DNA of 36,331 nucleotides. It comes from Dehalococcoidia bacterium. Lineage in GTDB: Bacteria > Chloroflexota > Dehalococcoidia > SZUA-161. The position numbers and the translations under genes were made by a program. The first letter of the stretch is position 1, and each line of letters begins with the position of its first letter. Below are positions 1-8,247 of the stretch, in pieces. The stretch spans positions 1-36,331 of the forward strand of contig SOKG01000105.1 in NCBI GenBank assembly GCA_004376205.1, read 5' to 3'. The notes under the pieces were generated by a model, which was given only the letters and a program-made list of their open reading frames with translations, did no database searches and was not told the DNA's origin.

Positions 1-518
1 TAGCGCCAACTGTCGTGTTCGGGAATTTCCCCCACGATGGGACGCCCGAGACCCAGGCCCACGGCGATGCTAATAGCATATATGCCCATAGCCTTACCTC
101 GCTCGGGTGGAGGGAAAGCTGCTGTCACGATGGCAAAGCCTACGGCCATCATCATGCCCGCCGTGAGCCCCTGCAGGGCCCTAAATGCGATTAGCATCCA
201 GATGCTCTGCGAGAGACCGCATAGCATAGAAGTCACGGTGAAGGCGGCCAGGCCATAGAGAAAGATCCGCTTATAGCCAACCATGTCTCCCAGTCGGCCA
301 TATAGCAGGATGAGGCAACTAATGGTCAGCAGATAGACTGTCGGCACCCATTGAGCTATCGAGATCTCGGTTTTGAAGAACCTGGTTATGTCGGGGAGGA
401 CGGTGTTGACTATGCTGCCGTCCAGAGGCCCCATAAAGCTGCCCAGCATTACCGCCGACAAAATCAACCACTTGGTTTCAAGCCGTTTTTTCGTTGCTGA
501 TGCATTGGTATCGGACAT
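1..518 (-). CDS. MFS transporter (DHA2/EmrB-like), N-terminal part; 3' end runs off the window
   Basis: Absent from the ORF track because the frame leaves the window without a stop. Reverse complement from ATG 516-518 reads MSDTNASATKKRLETKWLILSAVMLGSFMGPLDGSIVNTVLPDITRFF...LLYGRLGDMVGYKRIFLYGLAAF...FRALQGLTAGMMMAVGFAIV. This is the TM1-TM5 layout and GxLxDxxGxKR-type loop of drug/H+ antiporter MFS permeases. GGAAG lies 5 nt upstream. The gene begins 12 nt after the radical SAM stop. Confidence 0.75.
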   Translation of the reverse strand, partial: MSDTNASATKKRLETKWLILSAVMLGSFMGPLDGSIVNTVLPDITRFFKTEISIAQWVPTVYLLTISCLILLYGRLGDMVGYKRIFLYGLAAFTVTSMLCGLSQSIWMLIAFRALQGLTAGMMMAVGFAIVTAAFPPPERGKAMGIYAISIAVGLGLGRPIVGEIPEHDSWR

Positions 519-530
519 TTGTGCTTCCAG

Positions 531-1301
531 CTACACTGCCTTTGGCCTTCGCCTTAGGGTTTCGTCCGGGCTCAACGGCGTAACATCAGGAGTTACTACC
601 TCGTACACAGTTACCACTCCCTCGAGGCCACTGAACTTGTGGCGTATGTTGGCAATCTCCTCGGGGGGCAAGGGCTTCACGGCGCAGGGCCTTAGAGGGG
701 TGTTGACCTGTACCTCGTCCGGCGATAGCTCCCTGGCTATCCTTGCCATCTCTGGAGCGCAGTCTCTATTGGCCTCGACAAACATCATTTGAAGTGCCAG
801 CTTGCCTTTATACTCTGACCTGAAACGCCTGATGCCCTGCAATGTTTCACCCAGAGTACTCCCACCGAAGGGCCTGTTAATTGCCTGGAATCTCTCTTCG
901 TCTGGTGCGTCCACCTTGGCCACTACCACGTCGGCGAGGGCAAGCTCCCGGCGCACGTCCTCTCTGGGCATAAACGAGGCGTTGGTGAGCACCGCCACCG
1001 GCAGCCCCAAGGTTGATTTTACTATCTCGATCGCCTTGCCCAGATTGCTGGCCAGGGTTGGCTCACCTACGCCGGAGAAGGTAGCGTAGTCGGCAGGCAC
1101 GCCTTTCGCTGTTTCCAGTTCCTTGGCGAGCGCAGTGAGTGTTATGAATTCCTTTCGCTTGCTCAGTGGACGGACGGTTCTCCCTAACTGGCAATAGGTG
1201 CAGTCGAAGGAGCAGGTATTGCCTCTAGTGGACAAGAGATCGATACCCAGCGATCTGCCTAGCCGCCAGGATGAAACAGGGCCATAGATAACAGAACTCA
1301 T
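531..1301 (-). CDS. radical SAM protein, function unknown
   Basis: 256-aa ORF. CSFDCTYC is a CxxxCxxC cluster motif near the N-terminus, preceded by YGPVSSWRLGRSLGIDL, which is typical of an uncharacterised radical SAM subgroup. Confidence 0.85.
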   Translation of the reverse strand: MSSVIYGPVSSWRLGRSLGIDLLSTRGNTCSFDCTYCQLGRTVRPLSKRKEFITLTALAKELETAKGVPADYATFSGVGEPTLASNLGKAIEIVKSTLGLPVAVLTNASFMPREDVRRELALADVVVAKVDAPDEERFQAINRPFGGSTLGETLQGIRRFRSEYKGKLALQMMFVEANRDCAPEMARIARELSPDEVQVNTPLRPCAVKPLPPEEIANIRHKFSGLEGVVTVYEVVTPDVTPLSPDETLRRRPKAV

Positions 1302-1371
1302 TATGAACTACTGGGCCACCTTCAATTCCTCGCTTACCCCCTCTCATCCTGATTTAGTAAGCGTTCAGCCG

Positions 1372-1496
1372 TCAGCTTTCAGTTCTCAGCAAAACCCAAA
1401 AGCTGCCACCCTGTTCGAGTTTTTAGGGTTCTAGGTTCTAAGTTCAAGGTTAACCTAGAACGTAGAACTTAGAACATTTGCAAAGCTGAAAGCTGA
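1372..1496. repeat. composite palindromic element built from GTTCTAR heptamers
   Basis: Read directly. A 48-bp near-perfect palindrome at 1428-1475 reads GTTCTAG GTTCTAA GTTCAAG GTTAACC TAGAACG TAGAACT TAGAAC, with arm mismatches only at the seventh (spacer) position of each heptamer. It is flanked by the non-concentric 11-bp inverted pair TCAGCTTTCAG (1372-1382) / CTGAAAGCTGA (1486-1496). It sits between two co-directional genes. Confidence 0.8.
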
Positions 1497-1518
1497 GTGT
1501 TGATAGCTGAGCACTTGC

Positions 1519-2259
1519 CTATTGCTTCTTCATTGTAAGTAGTCTGACACCCTTCATCTGGTGGAAGGTGGCGCCCTGGCTGACGTGACGCAACACTATT
1601 TCCGGGTCAACCACCTTGGTCCCCGAGATGACATCCACCCCGTAGTCGAAGAGCACGGGCGAAAGCGGGGTGGTGGGGCCGAGGACAATTACATACGCCT
1701 TTGGGCTGCAAAGGTCGAGCAAGCCCTCGATGGTGTGGTTGACAAAGGCGCTGCCTGTGATGGCTACTACATCAGCCTGAGGGATTAGCTCCTGCGACGC
1801 GCTTTCGGCGAAGTCTCCTTCTCGCGGGTGTTTCTCTATCACCCAGAGCTCTGCTACCGCCTGGCGAAGCCTTTTCACGAAGGGGAAGTGTCCGATAAGT
1901 GTTACTTTCTTATCCTTGCCCTGTTCCACAAGGAGATCGGCGGCATTGAGCTCAATGCATCGCTGCTCGTCTACATCGAGAAGCGAGTTGATCGTTGCCA
2001 CGCCGATGGCTGCTTCGAGGCTGCTTCCGGAGCGAGCCATCCGGGCCAGCTCAAGAGCGTCCTTATCCATCAGGCGCCCTGCATCACTCACCGGGGCATC
2101 GCCGTGATGATGGCCGGCCTCATGGGGTGTCGATGCCAGCCCGCAGTTGCGGGTCAACACGGCCGTCCAGTAGGGCCCCTGGAGTATGTCTCTCACAGCC
2201 GCCTCTGGGTTCAGTGTGGAGAGCAAATCATCTACGATCTTCATCCCCATGCCTGCCAA
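1519..2259 (-). CDS. DUF364-type Rossmann-like protein (putative metal-chelation domain family)
   Basis: 246-aa ORF with a TTG start 9 nt after GAGGAGG. Segments VTLIGHFPFV, ADVVAITGSAFVNHT and VIVLGPTTPL fit my recollection of DUF364/DUF4213 proteins. The family call is from memory, not a search. Confidence 0.7.
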   Translation of the reverse strand: MAGMGMKIVDDLLSTLNPEAAVRDILQGPYWTAVLTRNCGLASTPHEAGHHHGDAPVSDAGRLMDKDALELARMARSGSSLEAAIGVATINSLLDVDEQRCIELNAADLLVEQGKDKKVTLIGHFPFVKRLRQAVAELWVIEKHPREGDFAESASQELIPQADVVAITGSAFVNHTIEGLLDLCSPKAYVIVLGPTTPLSPVLFDYGVDVISGTKVVDPEIVLRHVSQGATFHQMKGVRLLTMKKQ

Positions 2260-2675
2260 CTCTTCTTGCCTCCTCGGGAGTTAGCTTTCTGGCCATAGTC
2301 AGCGCCGTGTTTGCGCTGTGATGCTGGGCATTTGTGGGAGCATCAAGTATGCCAAGTAAGTATAGCACACCGCGGCTGGCCAAATCGCTATGGTGACGAG
2401 GGGAGATAGAAAGTGATGTTGTGATGATTTGCCCCGCTCCGCAAATCGAGCGTTCTGTCCAGGGGTTTCTCGGTCACTGTGGGGACGCGTCACGGCCTTG
2501 CTGGCGTCAATGAGGGAAGAAGCACGTGCGACCCCGATGGGGGTGGGGGCACGCAATACCTAATGGGATACACTTCCGTAGCTTACACAGGCGTGACTCT
2601 TGTTAGCTGCCTTCAGGTCGCGACCAAAGAGCTCCTTCGCGACCGTGCCACTAGATTCCCGCTTTCTGTTTCGAG

Positions 2676-2837
2676 TTACCTTGTGACTAGGGTCAACTTC
2701 TTGATCTGACCTCTGAACCCCAGGCTGCTGTTAATTCTCGCCTTTATGTACTCTATCAGCTCCTCGGTAGTCTGGTTGCTGGCCCACTTTTCATCCAGTT
2801 GCAGCGTCCCCTTGAATTTGATTTCGATTTCGGGCAT
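2676..2837 (-). CDS. small hypothetical protein (53 aa)
   Basis: Below the track length cutoff. My translation is MPEIEIKFKGTLQLDEKWASNQTTEELIEYIKARINSSLGFRGQIKKLTLVTR. GGAAAGG lies upstream. A GGTCGCGA...TCGCGACC hairpin (2616-2643) lies 33 nt past the stop. No family recognised. Confidence 0.3.
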   Translation of the reverse strand: MPEIEIKFKGTLQLDEKWASNQTTEELIEYIKARINSSLGFRGQIKKLTLVTR

Positions 2838-2946
2838 TCGATTCTTACCTTTCCGAGTTCAATTGCGCTGGGCCGGGCTAGAGACAGAATGTGCGGCAAG
2901 GTTTTGGGTACTGCTGGCTGGTTTAGCCAGCAGTGTAGTCTCTTCC

Positions 2947-3192
2947 CTACCTTCTGGTGTCGGCAGAGCCAAATTTGGCTTGCTCGACCACCAGCGCGCT
3001 GATGTCCCCTGCCTTGAACCTGCGGTGGTGGCTGGGGCCAATGCGGTATGCCGTTATTAGTCCCATTGCGCTCCATCGTCTCAGGGTGTTACCGTGTATA
3101 TTGAGCAATCGGCAAGCCTCTCTCAGTGTTAATAGGGACGCTGGTACGTCACCGTTATCTCTCCTCCTTGTTTTCCCTTTGTACGTACTCAT
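2947..3192 (-). CDS. excisionase/MerR-type helix-turn-helix DNA-binding protein
   Basis: 81-aa ORF with GGAGGGAG just upstream. LLTLREACRLLNIHGNTLRRWSAMGLITAYRIG...RRF is the HTH_17 (excisionase family) pattern. Confidence 0.7.
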   Translation of the reverse strand: MSTYKGKTRRRDNGDVPASLLTLREACRLLNIHGNTLRRWSAMGLITAYRIGPSHHRRFKAGDISALVVEQAKFGSADTRR

Positions 3193-3480
3193 ACTCCCTC
3201 CTGTCCAGTCGCCTCAAGACCCGACTTTTACTATCCAAACTTGCCCTATCTACCACAATCCTCCATATCCACAATGTACCACGCCTACACAAGAAGGGTG
3301 TTAGAACGAGATTAGAGCCACATTAATACGTGGCGGAGAGGAGCACGTTCGAGGTACAACAAGCTTTCAACAGGTCGGGAGACTATCCTTGACGACCTGC
3401 GAAGCACGGAGGAAACTGGCCGAAGCTTCCAATAGTCCCGGAGGCGTCAGGGTCAAATGTGAATTAGTCCTGCGAACCCT

Positions 3481-6400
3481 CTAAACCGGTTTTGCCAACA
3501 AGTATCCTATGCCGACTTTGGTGAGAATCAGCTTTGGATGGCTGGGGTCCGCTTCGAGTTTCTCTCTCAGGTATCGGATATAGACCCTAAGGCTATCAAC
3601 GGCTCCGGGATGGTCCTCCCCCCAGACTGCCTCGGCAAGCCGGGTGTGAGTTATCACATGACCTGCGTTTTGCATGAGGTGTTGCATGATACGACCCTCG
3701 ACGATGGTAAGGCTTATCTCCTTGCCTCCGTAGGTCAGTTGGTATGTGGAGGGGTCCAGTCGCAATGAACCAGAGATGATGGGGGCCTCTTCCCCAGGGG
3801 GGATTTGTTTGCGTAGCTGGACCTTTAGCCGTGCCAGCAGCTCCAGCTGTCTAAAAGGCTTCACCACGTAGTCATCAGCTCCCCACTCAAGCCCCTTGAC
3901 CATATCAGCTTCATCTGCCTTTACAGTAAGGATGACAACAGGTACCGAGGAAAAAAGACGGATCTCTCTCAAGACGTCGAAGCCGCTTATGTCAGGAAGG
4001 CCTAGATCGAGGATCACGAGGTCAGGGTTTTCTGTCTCCACCAGCTCAGCTCCTTCTTCTCCCAGACTGGTTGATATCAGTTGAGCCTCGGGCCAGCGCA
4101 TCTGAAAGGCCAGCCGAACAACACTCACGATTTCCTGGTCGTCTTCGACAATCAATACCTTCCACAGTTTGCGCTCCTCTTCCGACTCTATTGCGTGTTC
4201 GTCAGCAGCTTCCAAAGGCAGTGAAAAGCCAAATGTTGAGCCTCTACCCACATTGCTTCTCACCCATATCTGTCCACCGTGCAGCTCCACCAGCATCTTG
4301 CACAGAGCGAGCCCCAGCCCCAATCCGCCCGAGGGATCCCTATCCAAGCGATGATAGGGCTCGAAAAGCCCCTTCTGCTCCTCTTTGGACATCCCTCGAC
4401 CCGTATCTCGAACCTCAACAACAACGGTAGAGCCCCTTTGCCTGGCCCCTAACCTGATGTTTCCCCCTAATGGGGTGAATTTGAGGGCATTGCTGAGGAG
4501 GTTGGTTACTACCTGTTGCACACGGGCTGCGTCGGCCCGAACCGGAGGGAGAGAAACGGGCAATGCCAATACCAGAGGCAGTCCGCGCTGCAAAGCCACC
4601 GGAGTCATGATGTCTGCTGTCTCTCGGAGCAATTGCGATAGGTCAACTGCTTCAAGCCTCAACTGGAGCAATCCCACTTCACCTCTTGCGATGTCGAGGA
4701 GTTCGTCAATCCTGCTATCTAGATTCGAGGCACCCTGTCTGATGCTGTTGGCCAGTGTTTCCAAGGCCTCATCGTGGAGTTCAGACGCTAGCAAGTCGCT
4801 GGAAGCGAGCACCGCGGTGAGGGGAGTCTTCAGCTCATGCGCCAGCGCTCTGGTGAATTCTACTCTTTTCTTCATCTCCGCTTCCACCTGCTGCCTCGAT
4901 TCTCTTTCCTGTTCATAAAGCTCTCTCAGTTTCTCGGCCGTGCGCTTTTGCTCGGTGATGTCTCTGAACGAAACCAAACCTGCCAACCTTCCCTGGTATT
5001 CAACTCTTGTACCGGCAGCGGCTATCCATCTCACTCCACCGTCTTTGGTAAGAGTCCGAAACTCCTCGACCCGACACAGGTCTTTTTCAAACAAATCCTC
5101 CGCAATAGCCTTGAGAGCCCGATCTCTATCGTCTGGGTGAAGGTAGTCAACTAGATTCGCCTCAGCTACCTCCTCCATAGAGTCAAATCCATACATTTCC
5201 ATAGCGGTTGGATTGGCAAGCACCACTTTCATGGTTTCGGCATCAATAACGGCGGCACCATCGATCCTGCTCTCGAATAGGGCTCTATAGTTGTGCTCGC
5301 TTTCTCGCAGTGCCTGCTCGGCCTTCTTCTGCTCCGTGATGTCTCGCAGATTGGCAACAATGCCAGCGACCGCAGGATTGTCCAGGAGGTTTTGGACTAC
5401 CCCATCAAGAACGCGCCATGAGCCATCCTTGTGCCGAAAGCGTGACTGTACGTGGACCGTAGTTCCTGGGTTCTGCACCAAACGGGCTAATGAGTTGACT
5501 ACCTCCGGCACATCTTCAGGGTGAACGTTTTCAAGCCCGTCATCTCCTATTCGCTCTTCCGGTTTGCGTCCCAGCACGCGCTCCACCGACGGGCTTTCAT
5601 AGCGTACACTTCCATCACTATTCAGGACGGCGATGAAGTCCGAAGAGTTCTCTGTGAGTGCTCTAAAATACTCTTCTTTGTGCCGCAGGCTATCCTCTGC
5701 CACCTTGCGCTCGGTGACGTCCCTTGTGACCGCGATGAAGCCGGCTGGAGCGCCCGATGCATCTCTAATAACGGCAGCACTTAACTCCCCCGCAAATTCC
5801 TTCCCTTCCTTGGCCAACAACGTGTATTCGGCGTCCCTTACAAACCCTTCCTTCAGTGTCCTTTTCAGGTTTTTGGTAGCCCGAGCATGGTCTTTCTTGG
5901 CAATAAGCTCAAAGGCATTGTGCCCGATCAGTTCCTCCTTGCTGTCATAGCCGTGAAGGCCAAGCGCGGCATCGTTCACTTGAACGATTTTCCCCTCGAG
6001 GTCAGTAACCGTGATTCCATCCGTGACTGACTCAAACATGAGACGCAGTTTCTCCTCCGATTCCCGCAGAGCCCCTTCAGCCAGCTTGTTCACAGTTATA
6101 TCTCTCACATTTCCGACCACCGCCACTGGTACCTTCCTGTCGTCATGAATCACAGAAATGTTATCGGCTACCCAGCGATACCCCACTTCTCTGTGTTTGA
6201 TCCGATACTCAATCGTCCTAGTCTTATGCTCTTGGTCGGTCGGTGCCATCAATTCAATAATGCTTTGGGACATCATATCAACATCATCGGGGTGTATCAG
6301 GGAAGCCGCGTGTCCTGGTCCCAGGGCTATGAAGTCCCCCGGAGTGTATCCGAGGAGTCGTTCTGATGACGGACTCACATAATCGTACCTTTCTGTCTCT

Positions 6401-7275
6401 AGATCCATCCGATATACCATGTCAAAAGAGTTGTCAAGCACATTGCGAAATCTGTCCTCACTCTCACGCAGTGCCTGTTCCATCTGCTGGCGCTCGGTGA
6501 CATCGCGGTAGTTAGCGACAATACCATTGACTTTGGGATCATGCAGGAGGTTCCTAGCCACACCTTCAATTATCCGCCATGAGCCGTCTTTGTGCAGAAA
6601 ACGCACCCGCATTGAGGCAGTTTGCTCCAGGCCTTTGAACAGCCTCTCCAAGCTCTCTGCAGCGTTCTGTACATCGTCTGGGTGAATCAACTCCAACATG
6701 TTTCTGCCAAGTAGTTCTTCAGGTTCCCAGCCGACCACCTGTTTGACGGAAGGGCTTTCATACTTAATAGTCCCATCGCCACCGAGAACAGCAATGCCTT
6801 CCAGCGAGTTCTCGATAAGCGCCCGAAAATGTTCTTCCTTCTCCCGTACCGCGTGCTCCACCTTCTTGCGCTGGGTGATGTCGCTGGTTATTATCGCAAG
6901 ACCATTTCCTACCTTGAGCGCTTTGACGCTCAAGTGTATGTCTCCAGACTCTGGATGCCGGACGATATCGTCAGCGATGAACGGTTCGCCTGTTCTTACA
7001 ACACTTAGGTACTTCTCGTATCTTCCTGTCTCTTTGACGTCAGGTACCAGATCCACTATGTTTTTTCCAACAGCAACTCTTGCGGCTTCGTTTGAAAGAC
7101 CGATTAGTCTTCCCGCAGCAGAATTCGCGCTCAAGAGGTTGAGGTTTTCATCGAACAGGACGCAGGCGTCGAGGGATACCTCCATAAAGGCGCTGAATCC
7201 ATTCATCCACTCTCTGGATACTTGAGCATTGTTCTGTTGATGTTTAGTTCGCAGTGCCCCGCTTCTTTTTGCCAT
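3481..7275 (-). CDS. soluble multi-PAS hybrid histidine kinase fused to a complete OmpR-type response regulator (REC + winged helix)
   Basis: The track ORF is 3481-7326. I place the start at ATG 7273-7275 (MAKRSG...), 6 nt after GAGGAGG. There are six PAS-like blocks (FRALIENSLEGIAVL, FRNVLDNSFDMVYR, LRLMFESVTDGITVTD, FRALTENSSDFIAVL, YRALFESRIDGAAVID plus an N-terminal one). It also has the H-box AHELKTPLTAV and HATPase boxes (LLSNALKFTP, VRDTGRGM, GGLGLGLALCK). The receiver reads KVLIVEDD...LVILDLGLPD...ILTV...VVKP and the C-terminal winged helix reads LTIVEGRIMQHL...LRVYIRYLREKLE...GIGYLL. No hydrophobic TM segment is seen. Confidence 0.9.
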   Translation of the reverse strand: MAKRSGALRTKHQQNNAQVSREWMNGFSAFMEVSLDACVLFDENLNLLSANSAAGRLIGLSNEAARVAVGKNIVDLVPDVKETGRYEKYLSVVRTGEPFIADDIVRHPESGDIHLSVKALKVGNGLAIITSDITQRKKVEHAVREKEEHFRALIENSLEGIAVLGGDGTIKYESPSVKQVVGWEPEELLGRNMLELIHPDDVQNAAESLERLFKGLEQTASMRVRFLHKDGSWRIIEGVARNLLHDPKVNGIVANYRDVTERQQMEQALRESEDRFRNVLDNSFDMVYRMDLETERYDYVSPSSERLLGYTPGDFIALGPGHAASLIHPDDVDMMSQSIIELMAPTDQEHKTRTIEYRIKHREVGYRWVADNISVIHDDRKVPVAVVGNVRDITVNKLAEGALRESEEKLRLMFESVTDGITVTDLEGKIVQVNDAALGLHGYDSKEELIGHNAFELIAKKDHARATKNLKRTLKEGFVRDAEYTLLAKEGKEFAGELSAAVIRDASGAPAGFIAVTRDVTERKVAEDSLRHKEEYFRALTENSSDFIAVLNSDGSVRYESPSVERVLGRKPEERIGDDGLENVHPEDVPEVVNSLARLVQNPGTTVHVQSRFRHKDGSWRVLDGVVQNLLDNPAVAGIVANLRDITEQKKAEQALRESEHNYRALFESRIDGAAVIDAETMKVVLANPTAMEMYGFDSMEEVAEANLVDYLHPDDRDRALKAIAEDLFEKDLCRVEEFRTLTKDGGVRWIAAAGTRVEYQGRLAGLVSFRDITEQKRTAEKLRELYEQERESRQQVEAEMKKRVEFTRALAHELKTPLTAVLASSDLLASELHDEALETLANSIRQGASNLDSRIDELLDIARGEVGLLQLRLEAVDLSQLLRETADIMTPVALQRGLPLVLALPVSLPPVRADAARVQQVVTNLLSNALKFTPLGGNIRLGARQRGSTVVVEVRDTGRGMSKEEQKGLFEPYHRLDRDPSGGLGLGLALCKMLVELHGGQIWVRSNVGRGSTFGFSLPLEAADEHAIESEEERKLWKVLIVEDDQEIVSVVRLAFQMRWPEAQLISTSLGEEGAELVETENPDLVILDLGLPDISGFDVLREIRLFSSVPVVILTVKADEADMVKGLEWGADDYVVKPFRQLELLARLKVQLRKQIPPGEEAPIISGSLRLDPSTYQLTYGGKEISLTIVEGRIMQHLMQNAGHVITHTRLAEAVWGEDHPGAVDSLRVYIRYLREKLEADPSHPKLILTKVGIGYLLAKPV

Positions 7276-7576
7276 GTCCTGCCTCCTCACTGCCTCGGGG
7301 TGGAAATGTTGACATGCAAGACACAAACTTCATGCCTGTAGCGTTTTCCTTCAGCCTTGCACTCACGGTTCGAGTGCGACCATCATACATTCCAACTTGG
7401 CATCTGTCAATGAGTCCCGACAATTGCCAATAGCGTGCATCGTCAACGAGCCTTTTACTGGAAATTGCGATAGGGTTCAGGTGGCAAACTCGGTGGTTAG
7501 GGCTGGCCATTAGATGTGAGTGACGCCTAGTTTTGCCTGAACGGGCGGCGATGTAGGCGGGGGTGGATCTATGTGT

Positions 7577-8052
7577 CTAAGGTTTTATCAGAATCGTGCC
7601 ACCCTCACCCCTCAAAGCCTTTTTGAACGCCTCACCAATGTCATCTAAAGGCATTTCACATGTCAATAGGGGAGCCACATCGATTCTCCTCTCCTTGACA
7701 AGATTGAGTGCCGAGGCATAATCACCCGCCGACCAGCATACAAACCCTTTTAAGGTAAGCCCTTTCAATACGATGTTACTAAATGGTATCTCAACCCAAT
7801 CAAAGCATATGGATACGGCAACAATTGTTCCACCCTTCCTCGCTAGAGCTATTGATTGCTGCGCAGCTGAAACACTTCCTGCACATTCGAATACAATGTC
7901 TGGGCCTCTGCCGTGTGTCAGCTCAAGAATTCTGTCAACGGGATTGGCTACGTTTATGTCTATGACTTCGTCACTTCGTCTTTATCTGGGATAGGTTCGG
8001 GCACTTCTCTAATCACTACTTTTCGCTTGCCTTCTACCATCGCTGCTCTCAT
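7577..8052 (-). pseudogene. Zn-dependent alcohol dehydrogenase (MDR family) remnant with a large internal deletion and frameshift
   Basis: ATG 8050-8052, after AAGGAGAGG, gives MRAAMVEGKRKVVIREVPEPIPDKDEVTKS-stop, which is a typical MDR N-terminus. A different frame then reads EVIDINVANPVDRILELTHGRGPDIVFECAGSVSAAQQSIALARKGGTIVAV...GEAFKKALRGEGGTILIKP, which is a typical MDR C-terminus and includes track ORF 7577-7768. The catalytic and structural Zn ligands and the GxGxxG region are missing. The junction coincides with the tandem 8-mer ACTTCGTC ACTTCGTC at 7965-7980. Confidence 0.7.
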
Positions 8053-8220
8053 TTGATCCTCTCCTTGGGTATGCTTTCAAACCGTCTTGGCTATGCTGGA
8101 TCCTACCCAGCATGAACCGTGTGGTTGCGACGTTGCGCTACGGTACGTATACTACCGCAAGAGGTCCATGTCAATACATGGCTGGTAGCAGCCTTCCAGC
8201 TGAGGAAGCACCGGTGCCGG

Positions 8221-8229
8221 TGGTATAAT
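8221..8229 (+). promoter_or_regulatory. extended -10 promoter element upstream of aor
   Basis: TGGTATAAT (TGn + consensus TATAAT at 8224-8229) lies 18 nt before the GTG start. There is no good -35. Sequence-only prediction. Confidence 0.35.
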
Positions 8230-8247
8230 GAAAAAAGGGGGTTCTAG

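Noticed and set aside
37-258. 73-aa plus-strand ORF at the left edge, and 373-792 (+)
   Set aside because: The opposite strand encodes a convincing MFS permease N-terminus (1-518) and the radical SAM gene. The plus-strand products have no motif support.
1428-1475. The GTTC/GAAC-rich palindrome considered as a LexA (Cheo box) site
   Set aside because: The half-sites are arranged GTTC...GAAC and as direct heptamer repeats. No GAAC-N4-GTTC unit is present, so it is not the same operator as in P1 and P2.
7276-7326. N-terminal extension of the kinase ORF (MCLACQHFHPEAVRRQD). Analogous extensions occur at 35388-35459 (terL), 29793-29924 (NIL-Fd), 29380-29445 (UPF0280), 33937-34002 (Cys-HTH) and 18882-18959.
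   Set aside because: In each case an internal start has a proper SD at correct spacing or a stop/start overlap with the upstream gene. The extension either overlaps the upstream gene or translates into implausible sequence.
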